The position numbers were made by a program, and so were the translations under genes. A stretch of DNA of 33,807 nt, taken from sequence record NC_049457.1. One strand, written 5' to 3'. The notes under the pieces were generated by a model. It ran no database searches, was not told the origin of the DNA, and saw only the letters and a list, made by a program, of their open reading frames with translations. This stretch comes from Escherichia phage vB_EcoM-12474III. Within the stretch, counting starts at the first letter, position 1; each line of letters begins with the position of its first letter. Positions 17,010 through 26,308 of this stretch are shown piece by piece.

Positions 17010-19457
17010 TTAACCGTCATGCATCATGCTGGCACGGGCGCGCGCACGTTTATCCCGCTCGTATTTTTCGAGCGCATCCTGTAACTGGCGGTCAAGCTGT
17101 GTCCCCGGCGCAGTACCACCCGTCAGGCTGATGTGATATTCGTTTTTACTCTGGTCCACATAAGAGCGGCCAGCCGGTGCCGTGACCGGCTGATAAGCCT
17201 GATAGCCTGCATAAGAGCTGGTCGCCGGAATATAACCACCGCTGCCATACGTGGCGGCTTGAGTTCTGGCGGCGGTCTGGTCAAGTGTGTCTGACTCTTT
17301 GTTGATAACACCGAGTTTTTCCAGTACCCAGTCAATACCGCTGCGCAGTTTGTTGAACGCATTAAGCGGCAGCATCAACGCGTCAGCCAGTGCCTGCCCG
17401 AACATGACGCCCGTGTCACGGCAACGGTTCAGGGTGTCCTGGGTGGCTTTAACCGGGGCAATCAGGTTTTTAAACCACTGCCACGCGGCCTGTAACTTTT
17501 CGCCCAGCCAGTCAAACACCGGTTTAAGTGGCGTGAACAGTTCCCCCACCGGCGCAAATGCCGCTTTCAGCCCTTCAACCACACCGCCGAAGAATGCGCT
17601 GACAGGCTCCCAGTATTTACGGATAAGCAACGCCCCGGCGACAATGGCGGCCACCACGGCCACAACCGGCCAGCTAATCGCCCCGATGGCCGTCATAACA
17701 GCACTGCCAACCGTCGTGAAGATTGCCCCCATTGCGCCTGCTGCCGCGATGATGGCATTGATGCCGGTGATAACCGGCCAGGCTATGAGGCCAATGGCAC
17801 CGATGACACCAGTCAGCGCCAGTGCACCACCGACAATGATGCCGATGGTTGACGCCAGTGATTTGTTTTTCTGTATCCAGCCGTCGAGTTTTAACACATA
17901 CTTTGTGGCCGTCTGCGTGAGCTTACGCAGTGCGCCTTCCTGCTGGTCAAACAGGTCAGTCCCCACCGCCTCATAAGCGGACTGAAACTCCTTAAAGTCA
18001 CCGCCGAGGTTGTCCTGCATGATATTTACCAGCTCGGCAGTCTTCCCGTCTGAGGCTTTAAACGCAGCGGTCAGTTTGTCCAGCTTTCCGGTTGAGGCGG
18101 CAGTCATCAGCACGGCGGCGGCTGAGCTGGCCTCCTCCCCGAAAATGGTTTTCATGTATTCAGCCTGCTGGGCAGTACCGAGCCGGTTTTTCTCAAAACT
18201 GGCCTGCATTTCTTTCAGAATGGTAAATACTGGTCGGGTATTCCCCTTACTGTCTGAGGTTTTCACGCCAAGCTCTTTGAGTGCATCCCATGCTTTTCCC
18301 GTCGGTGCCTGCAGGCGACTTAACACGGCACGGCTTCCCGTCCCCGCCATTGAACCGGTAATTTTTGCATCATGCAGCGCCCCGACCATTGCGGCGGTTT
18401 CTTCAATGCTGACACCGGCATTTTTTGCCACAGGTGCGGCATAGGTCAGCGCATCGCTCATGCCGTCAAAATCGGCGGCGGTTTTGTTCATCGTCATGGA
18501 GAGAACATCCCCGATATGAGCGACCTTATCGTTTGAAAGCTGAAAGGCGGATTTCATCCCCATCAGCAGGGCGGCGTTTTCTTCCATCGTGCGGCGGTTC
18601 GCCAGCGCCATGTTCAGCGTGACCGGCGTTGCCGCCTGAATGGCATCAACATCCCCACCGGCTTTCGCAATGATAATCTGTGCACCGGCCGCATCATCCG
18701 CCGAGGCGGCGGTATTGTCGCCGAGCTGGCGCGCCTGTTTGCGTAGTGCGGCCATTTCGGTGGAGTCTTTTGCCACTCCGAGCACAGCCTGTAATTCTGA
18801 GTTTTTCTGCGCAAACTCATAACCGGGCATCAGCAGCTTAACTCCGGCCATCGTTCCCGCCGCCGCAATCCCCACACCGGCAGCGCCCACCGAGGCCATA
18901 TTTCCGGCCAGTTCTTTTCCTGCCTGATAACGCTGTTTGACTGCGTTAAGTTTTGCCTGTTGCGCACTGACACGCGCCAGCGCATCACGCTGACGGTTAA
19001 GCTGTACGGTGGTTTCACTGATACGGCTTTTCAGTCCCTGCTCATCATGTGCAAGATTGCGGGTATTAATTCCCACAGCGGCCAGTTCCCGCTGCTGGCG
19101 TTTAACGGAATCCGTCAGGCGGTTATATTTCGCCTGTAAGTCCTCCGCCGCACGCTTTGCGGATTCCAGCACTTTCGCCTGAGCACGGGTCGGACGTTCG
19201 GTGTTTTTAAACTGTGTGGCAAGTGCTTCGGCTTCCTGCCGTGCCTTTTCAAGTGCATGACCAGTCACGGCAAGCTGTGCGCTGGTCTTGCGAAATCCCT
19301 CAATACGGGATGCGTGACCATTCAGCTCGCGCAGTGATTTTTGTGTTTCCCGGATATCCCCCGACAGCGACTTACTCGCTGTGCGGATGGATTTAAACGG
19401 GCGGGATGCCTGGTCAACAGCCCTGAGCAATACCTGTAATTTTACATTGTTACTCAT
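17010..19457 (-). CDS. T: Tail tape measure protein gpT
   Basis: 815-aa ORF (same as P2 gpT); coiled-coil N-terminus and Gly/Ala-rich hydrophobic central segment. Confidence 0.9.
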   Translation of the reverse strand: MSNNVKLQVLLRAVDQASRPFKSIRTASKSLSGDIRETQKSLRELNGHASRIEGFRKTSAQLAVTGHALEKARQEAEALATQFKNTERPTRAQAKVLESAKRAAEDLQAKYNRLTDSVKRQQRELAAVGINTRNLAHDEQGLKSRISETTVQLNRQRDALARVSAQQAKLNAVKQRYQAGKELAGNMASVGAAGVGIAAAGTMAGVKLLMPGYEFAQKNSELQAVLGVAKDSTEMAALRKQARQLGDNTAASADDAAGAQIIIAKAGGDVDAIQAATPVTLNMALANRRTMEENAALLMGMKSAFQLSNDKVAHIGDVLSMTMNKTAADFDGMSDALTYAAPVAKNAGVSIEETAAMVGALHDAKITGSMAGTGSRAVLSRLQAPTGKAWDALKELGVKTSDSKGNTRPVFTILKEMQASFEKNRLGTAQQAEYMKTIFGEEASSAAAVLMTAASTGKLDKLTAAFKASDGKTAELVNIMQDNLGGDFKEFQSAYEAVGTDLFDQQEGALRKLTQTATKYVLKLDGWIQKNKSLASTIGIIVGGALALTGVIGAIGLIAWPVITGINAIIAAAGAMGAIFTTVGSAVMTAIGAISWPVVAVVAAIVAGALLIRKYWEPVSAFFGGVVEGLKAAFAPVGELFTPLKPVFDWLGEKLQAAWQWFKNLIAPVKATQDTLNRCRDTGVMFGQALADALMLPLNAFNKLRSGIDWVLEKLGVINKESDTLDQTAARTQAATYGSGGYIPATSSYAGYQAYQPVTAPAGRSYVDQSKNEYHISLTGGTAPGTQLDRQLQDALEKYERDKRARARASMMHDG

Positions 19458-19877
19458 TCGTGTTTCCGCTTCGCCGGAGCGCCTTTTCGCGCCATGTGAT
19501 GAGTTCGGTCAGGCTCATGGGATACAGTTCTGATGGCGGCCAGTGAAATATCACTGCCACATCCGCCATCAGGTCATCGACCGAGAGATTTTTCGGAAAC
19601 GTCACTGCACCGAGTTCGGCGACAAAAAACCGACCACCTTACCGGCCAGCGCCACAAGGTCAGGCAGTTCCAGCGCGGCGACTTCCTGCTCGGTCAGCAT
19701 CGGTGCCGTCATGCGCGGCAGCACCTTAATCAGTGCATCGACTTCGGAGTTCGCGACCGCAGCCAGACTGACACCGCGCAGCGTCCCGGCATTAGGTTTC
19801 ATCAGCGTGACCTGTTCGATAACCTGCTCACCACGCTTGACCGGATTGTCCAGGGTAATCACATTTTCTTTGTTCAT
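19450..19877 (-). CDS. E': gpE+E' programmed -1 frameshift product
   Basis: Slippery heptamer T TTT TTG at 19629..19623 (minus sense); the -1 frame continues ...VAELGAVTFPKNLSVDDLMAD...REKALRRSGNTNE to a TAA at 19452..19450, overlapping the T start. Confidence 0.75.
19602..19877 (-). CDS. E: Tail assembly chaperone gpE
   Basis: 91-aa ORF MNKENVITLDNPVKRGEQVIEQVTLMKPNAGTLRGV..., matching P2 gpE. Confidence 0.85.
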   Translation of the reverse strand: MNKENVITLDNPVKRGEQVIEQVTLMKPNAGTLRGVSLAAVANSEVDALIKVLPRMTAPMLTEQEVAALELPDLVALAGKVVGFLSPNSVQ

Positions 19878-19933
19878 GGTTTTCTCACTTCTGAATCAGG
19901 GTTAACCGGTCAGCCTGGCTGACCGGATGAAAA

Positions 19934-20452
19934 TCACAGGCCGATATTGCGGCGGTGTTGCTCCAGCCGGTCGACGCCGTTCACCTTCTCAATCATGTTG
20001 ATGGTGTCGATTTCGACCAGCTCCTTACCGTCCATCGTCAGCCGGAAATAGGTGCAGACCACGGAGATTTTCGACTCGGTATCTTCTCCCTGTTTCCCCT
20101 CGCCGGTGTCGATTTCTTTCTGACGTCCACGCATGACCACCTCGACGGCCACCGTTTCGCCGGTATCGTCGCGCTGGTAAGAACCTGCAAAACGAATCGG
20201 TACGGCATCCACACCGGTTGCGGCGTAAAGCTCCCAGATAACCGAATCCGGGAAGCCACCGAGCGACCACTCCATTGACAGCGCATCGTCATCAAGGCCG
20301 AGGTCTACCGGTGCGCTGCCATTCATCCCCGCACCGCGATAGTTTTCGAGCTTACGGGTCAGTTTTGGCAGCGTGACGGACTTCGCGACGCCCTGATAGC
20401 TGTAGCCGTTCAGAAAGACGTTCATTAACTTGAGTTTGCGCGGCATTGCCAT
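19934..20452 (-). CDS. FII: Tail tube protein gpFII
   Basis: 172-aa ORF, P2 FII length and position. Confidence 0.88.
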   Translation of the reverse strand: MAMPRKLKLMNVFLNGYSYQGVAKSVTLPKLTRKLENYRGAGMNGSAPVDLGLDDDALSMEWSLGGFPDSVIWELYAATGVDAVPIRFAGSYQRDDTGETVAVEVVMRGRQKEIDTGEGKQGEDTESKISVVCTYFRLTMDGKELVEIDTINMIEKVNGVDRLEQHRRNIGL

Positions 20453-20464
20453 CGGTCAGGCTCC

Positions 20465-21655
20465 TTAATTGCTGTTAACCGAGGTGACCAGATTTGCCAG
20501 GTATTTATCGGTAATACGCTGGCGCAGGGTCAGGTTTTCAAGAGGAGGTACCGGTGTATAGTCGTAGTCGATATACAGTTTTCCGGCCTTGAGGGTTTCC
20601 GCATCGTTGGATTCTTCGCTGAACCAGCAGGTCGCATCCACGATATAGCCGTTTGTTTTCAGCTCACGGAATTTGGCATTGATGCCGTCAACGATGTCGC
20701 GAATCAGCGTTGCGGTGATGGGCTTGTCCACCGCCCACATGTGCGCCTCAGCCATCGTGTCGGCCAGCACCTGCGCGGTGCGGGTGTAGTTTTCAAAGAG
20801 GAACAGCTGGTCATCAGAGCAGGTACGGTTACCCCAGAAGCGGAAACCGTCGCGGCGAATCAGCGTAGTGACGCCTGACTCGTTAAGCAGGTCAGCATCG
20901 GTGCCGGACTCCTGCAAATCCCAGAATACAGATGCGCTGATGCCGGTAACACCGTTCACCCCGACATTGGACAGCGTTTTATGCCAGCCCTGCTCCTGGT
21001 CGATTTTGGCACGCAGCCCCAGTGCACGGGCGGTTGCATACGCGGTGGCGGTGATACTGGTGACCGTATCCCATGCGAGGAAATCCGGCCAGATGACCAT
21101 CAGCTCACGCTGGCTGAAATTCTGGCGGTAAGCTTTCACCTCGGAAATGGTTTTACAGCCCCATGCGCTGATATACCCGAAAGCGCGCAACTTCTGACAG
21201 ACTGATGCCAGTGCAACCGCCACCTCTTTGGTGTCCAGTCCCGGCACACCGAGAATACGCGGTTTAACACCGGTAACCGACTCCGCCGCCAGCAGGGCTT
21301 TCAGTCCGGTGTACTGACCGTTTTCGTCGGTGGTGCCGATGATATTGGAAACAGTCTGCGCAAGTTTCGTTTCTTCGTCGTCGCCGGTGCCGTCTTCCAC
21401 ACGCACGACTACGGTGACCGGTTTTGACTGGTCAGCGATGGCCTGCAACGACGCCGCCAGCGTGCCTTTTTTACCGGCCTTTGCAATTGCGCTCTGCACA
21501 TTGGTAATCAGCACCGGTTTATTGAGGGGGAAGATTTCCGCATCCGCATCGCTGGCCGTGCAGACCATGCCAACAATGGCGGTGGATACGGTGGAAATGA
21601 CGCGGGTGCCGTCGTTAATCTCCAGCACCTGCACGCCGTGATGATAGTCACTCAT
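20465..21655 (-). CDS. FI: Contractile tail sheath protein gpFI
   Basis: 396-aa ORF MSDYHHGVQVLEINDGTRVISTVSTAIVGMVCTASDADAE..., matching P2 FI. Confidence 0.92.
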   Translation of the reverse strand: MSDYHHGVQVLEINDGTRVISTVSTAIVGMVCTASDADAEIFPLNKPVLITNVQSAIAKAGKKGTLAASLQAIADQSKPVTVVVRVEDGTGDDEETKLAQTVSNIIGTTDENGQYTGLKALLAAESVTGVKPRILGVPGLDTKEVAVALASVCQKLRAFGYISAWGCKTISEVKAYRQNFSQRELMVIWPDFLAWDTVTSITATAYATARALGLRAKIDQEQGWHKTLSNVGVNGVTGISASVFWDLQESGTDADLLNESGVTTLIRRDGFRFWGNRTCSDDQLFLFENYTRTAQVLADTMAEAHMWAVDKPITATLIRDIVDGINAKFRELKTNGYIVDATCWFSEESNDAETLKAGKLYIDYDYTPVPPLENLTLRQRITDKYLANLVTSVNSN

Positions 21656-21749
21656 CCGTTTAACTCCGTGGTTAATGGGTGCAACTATTTTCTGTTGTGC
21701 AGAGCATAAGACGCTATTTGACCTGACTGGTCAGTGGATGAAACAACAG

Positions 21750-21779
21750 ATTAAAGAAAAGGCGGGCAACTCGCCCGCC
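21750..21779 (-). terminator. GC-rich hairpin with T-tract (minus-strand sense) between cargo gene 2 and FI
   Basis: Minus strand: ggcgggc-gagtt-gcccgcc followed by TTTTCTTTAAT. Confidence 0.55.
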
Positions 21780-21973
21780 CGTCCTGATTTGTACTCACTC
21801 ATTTTTCAACTGACAATTTACATAGCCCAAACGCTATCAAATCTGACAGCCTATTTTGAGCGAAAAGCAGACATTAGCATCCTTCTTATAGAAAAGGTAA
21901 ACCTGCTTCTATTTGTTAATCAATAGAGAGTAAGTCACAATGGCAGATACGAATATCGGCTGGAGAAATTAAA

Positions 21974-23056
21974 TTGAAACCAGAGCAAATGAAAAACAGG
22001 GAAGAATTAACTAGCTTTGCAACGAAACTTGCTACTCAAATCAAGATGCAAACCAGCAGCAATTTAAATGATCTTTCTACAGCCCAAGAGAGCTCGCTAT
22101 TGCCTCTAATCAATCATGCCTGGGGAGAGCAGTTTGAGGATATGAATAGGATATCCCAAAACTACCCTGGTCTCGACTATGTGCAACCGGGAAAGCGCTT
22201 AGGTTTGCAAATGACTGCCACTGCAAGAAAGGTTAAGTATCAGAAAACATTAGACAAACTTCGAAATAATGAGAAGTTAAAGGGTAAGTTTGACGAGATT
22301 TGGTTTTTCGTCCTCACGGCTGAACGCCTACCTGATAACGTACGTGAACACCCTGACGATTTTCAGTGCAAATATTTCACATTGTACGACCTAGTCGAAA
22401 AGGTAATGGGACAGACTTTAGAATTTCAGCGTGATTTTTTGACCCTTGCCCGGAAAGAATACTCGGATTATTTCTCTCCTGGGGACGTTGCTTTCAATCA
22501 GGGGTATTGTGTATCAGAAAACAAGCCGATCCCCTTTGACTTGAGTCTTTTCAACGCGTTAATTCATACTAATGAATGGTTTGATGATGTTGACGAAGGT
22601 GAGCAGATCGTATATGAATTTCTAGAACTTTTTAAAAATAGACTGCGTCAATGCACTTTATCTGCTAGAAATCTTTTAAGCAAAATTATCAGTGAGATAA
22701 ATATACCGAAGAGTACAAGCACGAAAATCGAGTTTCCTGAAAAGCAACTTTTCGGGCCACTAATGATTGACGATACAAACTATCAATCTTTTTCAAAAGA
22801 CCTTGATGATTTGTTCGAGATGAGTCTTATTGAACGATGGGACAATTATGTTGGAATGTACTATAAGGGTGATGATGCATATATCAAAAATGAACGTATG
22901 ATCAGCGTGTCATTTCCAAAGATTGAACCCGAAATGAATCTGTATGCGGCGTTATATATCTTTTATGAAAAAAATCATGATATTGCAAAACTTGTGAACG
23001 CAATTGAAAATAGTGATTTTTCTCTGCTCGCTGACAGCACTTGCCAAAATAATTAG
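21974..23056 (+). CDS. Hypothetical 360-aa protein, AT-rich cargo between FI and G (start TTG at 21974 with GGAG 8 nt upstream; alternative ATG at 21989)
   Basis: Long ORF on the strand opposite to all flanking late genes; visibly AT-rich codon usage; no transmembrane segments; no family recognised. Confidence 0.7.
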   Translation: MKPEQMKNREELTSFATKLATQIKMQTSSNLNDLSTAQESSLLPLINHAWGEQFEDMNRISQNYPGLDYVQPGKRLGLQMTATARKVKYQKTLDKLRNNEKLKGKFDEIWFFVLTAERLPDNVREHPDDFQCKYFTLYDLVEKVMGQTLEFQRDFLTLARKEYSDYFSPGDVAFNQGYCVSENKPIPFDLSLFNALIHTNEWFDDVDEGEQIVYEFLELFKNRLRQCTLSARNLLSKIISEINIPKSTSTKIEFPEKQLFGPLMIDDTNYQSFSKDLDDLFEMSLIERWDNYVGMYYKGDDAYIKNERMISVSFPKIEPEMNLYAALYIFYEKNHDIAKLVNAIENSDFSLLADSTCQNN

Positions 23057-23307
23057 TTAGTAAAAGGATGCATTTATGCTCTTAGTTACTCACTCTGTTG
23101 AATTTATTTTAAGTTATTAATATAGATATGGGCTTATATATCTTTAATAGAAATGACTAGCGTGAAAAATATGGGGCTAACTGGTCTGCCTCTCTTTTGA
23201 CCAAGACAATTTGCTGGAAAACTTCCGCTCTTGGCACAGAGCGGACTGTCAGATTAGACTTTACTCTGTGCCATAGATATGTAAGCTCCCACCAGAGCTC
23301 ATACAAC

Positions 23308-23835
23308 TTACTGCGGCATTTCCGGCCATTCAGGATTTGCAGGATCCACACGACTGACCAGAACACTGTAGCGTTCCCATGCTTCCAGTCGGCTGCGTTC
23401 CTCCTCTGTTGCCATATTCAGCCTGACAGCGCGCTCCAGCAGCAAAATCACGGATTCAGCTTCGGAAAGTAAAGTTGCCTTTTGTGATTCTGCCAGTTGA
23501 TGCTGTTCGTCTGCCGTATAAATCCGCTTAATCACGGCACCATCCTTAAACATCCATTTACCTGAGTCATCAGCACGTCGGTTGGCGGTAATATCAGGAA
23601 CCTCGACAACGCTAAAACCTTCAGGGTTAAGCGTTGAAGCATCTCTGGTGATGCCGACAATTATATTATTCTCGTCGTAAACAATCTTTATCGTGTCTTC
23701 CTGAAAATTACTTACTTCCTCATACCAGTTTTTTCCGTCTTCAGACCATAACCAGACAACATCAAAATTTTTTGTCAGTTGATATTGGGCAACAGTTTTG
23801 GGATTACCCGCAGTAATATTTTTTAAATGCTGCAT
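23308..23835 (-). CDS. G: Tail fiber assembly protein gpG
   Basis: 175-aa ORF, matching P2 gpG length and position downstream of H. Confidence 0.85.
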   Translation of the reverse strand: MQHLKNITAGNPKTVAQYQLTKNFDVVWLWSEDGKNWYEEVSNFQEDTIKIVYDENNIIVGITRDASTLNPEGFSVVEVPDITANRRADDSGKWMFKDGAVIKRIYTADEQHQLAESQKATLLSEAESVILLLERAVRLNMATEEERSRLEAWERYSVLVSRVDPANPEWPEMPQ

Positions 23836-23838
23836 AAA

Positions 23839-25767
23839 TTACACCTGTGCGACGTTATACCATGTGCCATTAATGTATTTTTGTATTGGTCTGAATACTG
23901 CGGGGTCATCACCATCGACTTCACCGACAATACCAAGCCCTGTAATTACATGGCCTGATTTTTCATACATCACACCTTTTTGCATAGTCTGAACAACACG
24001 TGTGCCCAGGCGAATATCTCGTACATAGCGAGAATCCGATTCAGCTTTGGTATATGCACCAACATCTCCCGCAGAGGGTTTGCGGGTTGTGGTGTAAAAC
24101 TCTGACCAGTTAGCCTCAAATCCATAACCATCACGTGCTGAACGATAAAAAATACCGCCGTTCTTATAATTCACACGGAACTGTACGGCAGGGCAACTCC
24201 CCGCATTCATATTGAAGTGGAGGATTAATGTCGATGCACCGCTGATATCTGCATCATAAACACCGCTATTCCAGTTCCAGCCAACAGCTTTATCATTTGC
24301 AACCCTGCTTCCTGTTTGCCCTAAAGCAAATGCAGGCTGCTGGTTTTTCGTGTTGTAGTCTCGTCGCCAGCCGGGGGCATAAGCATCACCATGATTAATA
24401 TAAGTGAATTGAGCGTTAGTGGTGCCGCCTCCGGTAGAAGTGCTTGGTGTTGTTACACGGATGGTCATGGCACCTTTATTACCCATAACCTCAATAACGC
24501 AACCTGCAAGATGAATAGTTCCACAGCCAGTATCGGTAATAATTTTATTATTGCCGTATGACCATGAACATTTGCACATCCAGTACGGATGATTAAATGC
24601 ACCACGGGAATCCAGCCATTCAATAAACTGAGCGGTTGTCCAGTTTCCGGCTTCAGTGCTCAAAGCGCCGCTATAAGCACGACAGGCACCGATATTTTTC
24701 GTGAAGGTATCCTTTCCCGGAATATCCGCACCGTTCTGATCTTTCTGAAGACGTTTTTCAGCATTGTCATAGGCAGACTTCACTGCTTTTGGTGTTGCGG
24801 CCAGCGTTTCAGAATCACTGTTGGCGGCGCTACTGAGCTGAACAAGACCTTTCCGCGCCGTGGTGGCGTCCTGTGCAGTGTATTTCCCGTTAGCAAGGTC
24901 ATACGCGGCCTTTACCGCCTTTGGCGTTGCCGCAAGCGTTTCAGAATCGCTGTTGGTGACGCTACTGAGCTGGACAAGACCTTTTCGCGCTGTGGTGGCG
25001 TCCTGTGCGGTATATTTCCCGTTAGCAAGGTCATATGCTGCTTTTACCGCTTTTGGTGTTGCGGCAAGCGTTTCAGACGTGCTGTTGGTGGCACTACTGA
25101 GCTGGACAAGACCTTTTCGCGCTGTGGTAGCGTCCTGTGCGGTATATTTCCCGTTAGCCAGGTCATATGCGGCCTTAACCGCTTTCGGCGTTGCAGCCAG
25201 TGTTTCAGACGTGCTGTTGGTCGCACTGCTTAACTGAGTAAAACCTTTTGCGGTCAGCGAGGCGTCCGGGTGACGTCGTGACTGTTCATGTTCTGCAATT
25301 TTGTCATCAACGTAATCCTGCGTCGCCATCACCGTTGTGGTGTCAATGGTCAGCTCCACTGAGGTCACACTGCTGACGATGATGACCATGCGACAGGTCT
25401 GCGAACGCCCTGAGCCTTCGGCAAGAGCTGGCTTATAACTTTCGGCCATGTTCGCCACGGCAATTAATGTTCCCGCATCATCGTACAGGCCAAGCTCACG
25501 CATCCAGAAACCGCCCACCTCCGGCGGAATAACCAGCTCTGCGATAATATAATTACTGTTTCGTTTGTCCTGGCTGATTTTGTTCAGCGCATGTCGCCAG
25601 ACTTCATGGATAAGCCCGGTCTGTCCGGCATCCGGGACAGGCAATTTACCACCGCCATCCCCGACGGCCATCGTGGTAATGTTGACCTTCCGCCCTCCCG
25701 GCGCGGTTGCCGCTGCCAGCTTTGCTGCACCGGCAGTGGTGATAACGGTTCTGAATTTTGTGCTCAT
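23839..25767 (-). CDS. H: Tail fiber protein gpH
   Basis: 642-aa ORF; N-terminus MSTKFRTVITTAGAAKLAAATAPGGRKVNITTMAVGDGGG... is P2 H-like; contains internal 44-aa tandem repeats. Confidence 0.9.
   Translation of the reverse strand: MSTKFRTVITTAGAAKLAAATAPGGRKVNITTMAVGDGGGKLPVPDAGQTGLIHEVWRHALNKISQDKRNSNYIIAELVIPPEVGGFWMRELGLYDDAGTLIAVANMAESYKPALAEGSGRSQTCRMVIIVSSVTSVELTIDTTTVMATQDYVDDKIAEHEQSRRHPDASLTAKGFTQLSSATNSTSETLAATPKAVKAAYDLANGKYTAQDATTARKGLVQLSSATNSTSETLAATPKAVKAAYDLANGKYTAQDATTARKGLVQLSSVTNSDSETLAATPKAVKAAYDLANGKYTAQDATTARKGLVQLSSAANSDSETLAATPKAVKSAYDNAEKRLQKDQNGADIPGKDTFTKNIGACRAYSGALSTEAGNWTTAQFIEWLDSRGAFNHPYWMCKCSWSYGNNKIITDTGCGTIHLAGCVIEVMGNKGAMTIRVTTPSTSTGGGTTNAQFTYINHGDAYAPGWRRDYNTKNQQPAFALGQTGSRVANDKAVGWNWNSGVYDADISGASTLILHFNMNAGSCPAVQFRVNYKNGGIFYRSARDGYGFEANWSEFYTTTRKPSAGDVGAYTKAESDSRYVRDIRLGTRVVQTMQKGVMYEKSGHVITGLGIVGEVDGDDPAVFRPIQKYINGTWYNVAQV
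24760..25250. repeat. Tandem 132-bp coding repeat (about 3.7 copies) inside tail fiber gene H
   Basis: gttagcaagg / gttagccagg landmarks recur at 24889, 25021 and 25153 (period 132); the protein repeats KGLVQLSSATNSTSETLAATPKAVKAAYDLANGKYTAQDATTAR. Confidence 0.9.
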
Positions 25768-25777
25768 TATTCCTCAC

Positions 25778-26308
25778 TTATCCGGGGTAAACCGTAATTA
25801 CATCGCCGTCATAAGCCACACCACCGGCGAACAGGTAGCCGGGAATGTCCCGGGTAATGTTCAGGCCAATAAGGTGGCGGCTTGCAGGTTTGGCATCAGC
25901 AATCAGCCGTTCCATTTCCTGATACATTGCCTCTGTGATGCCACTTTCCAGTACACCAATATCAAGCCGGAAGGTGCCCGGCGGGTCACTGGTTTCCCAC
26001 CACTCCGTCACGTTGATGAGATAGCCGAGCGGCTCCACCACACGCCGGATTGCACCTATAGTGCCTTTATGACAGTGGATGAAATAGGCATCGCGGATAA
26101 CGGCGCGTTTTGTCGCTTCCGGCCACTTTTCATCCCACCTGTCGACCGAAAACGCCCACGCCAGCCACGGCAGCAGATTTGCCGGACAGGTGTCCGGGTT
26201 CCACAGCTCACGAATACTGACCGGCGTTTTTTCAATTTCCGCACAGGCTTTTGCGGCGGCGACCTCAAGCGGTGATGAGCCGGTCGGCAGCAGTCGCGAA
26301 TCACTCAT
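25778..26308 (-). CDS. I: Baseplate protein gpI
   Basis: 176-aa ORF, P2 gpI length; overlaps the J stop. Confidence 0.88.
   Translation of the reverse strand: MSDSRLLPTGSSPLEVAAAKACAEIEKTPVSIRELWNPDTCPANLLPWLAWAFSVDRWDEKWPEATKRAVIRDAYFIHCHKGTIGAIRRVVEPLGYLINVTEWWETSDPPGTFRLDIGVLESGITEAMYQEMERLIADAKPASRHLIGLNITRDIPGYLFAGGVAYDGDVITVYPG

Noticed and set aside
17287-17976. 229-aa plus-strand ORF (Ala/Thr/Pro-rich) inside the tape-measure gene T, plus similar ORFs at 18010..18444
   Set aside because: Antisense to T; the low-complexity composition mirrors the Gly/Ala-rich T coding strand; typical shadow ORFs.
21675-21926. 83-aa plus-strand ORF upstream of the 360-aa cargo gene
   Set aside because: Overlaps the terminator hairpin and AT-rich leader, has no convincing RBS, and has low-complexity composition; more likely the promoter and leader region of the cargo gene.
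23231-23273. Inverted repeat tggcacagag ... ctctgtgcca between the cargo gene and G as a terminator
   Set aside because: The loop is 23 nt and there is no T-tract on either strand; too weak to call.
24589-25237. Plus-strand ORFs of 214 and 125 aa with internal repetition
   Set aside because: They are the antisense reading of the 132-bp tandem repeats in tail fiber gene H, not independent genes.
24760-25250. Possible CRISPR-like array because of regularly spaced repeats
   Set aside because: Units are 132 bp, contiguous with no unique spacers, and in frame within gene H; this is a coding tandem repeat, not a CRISPR array.
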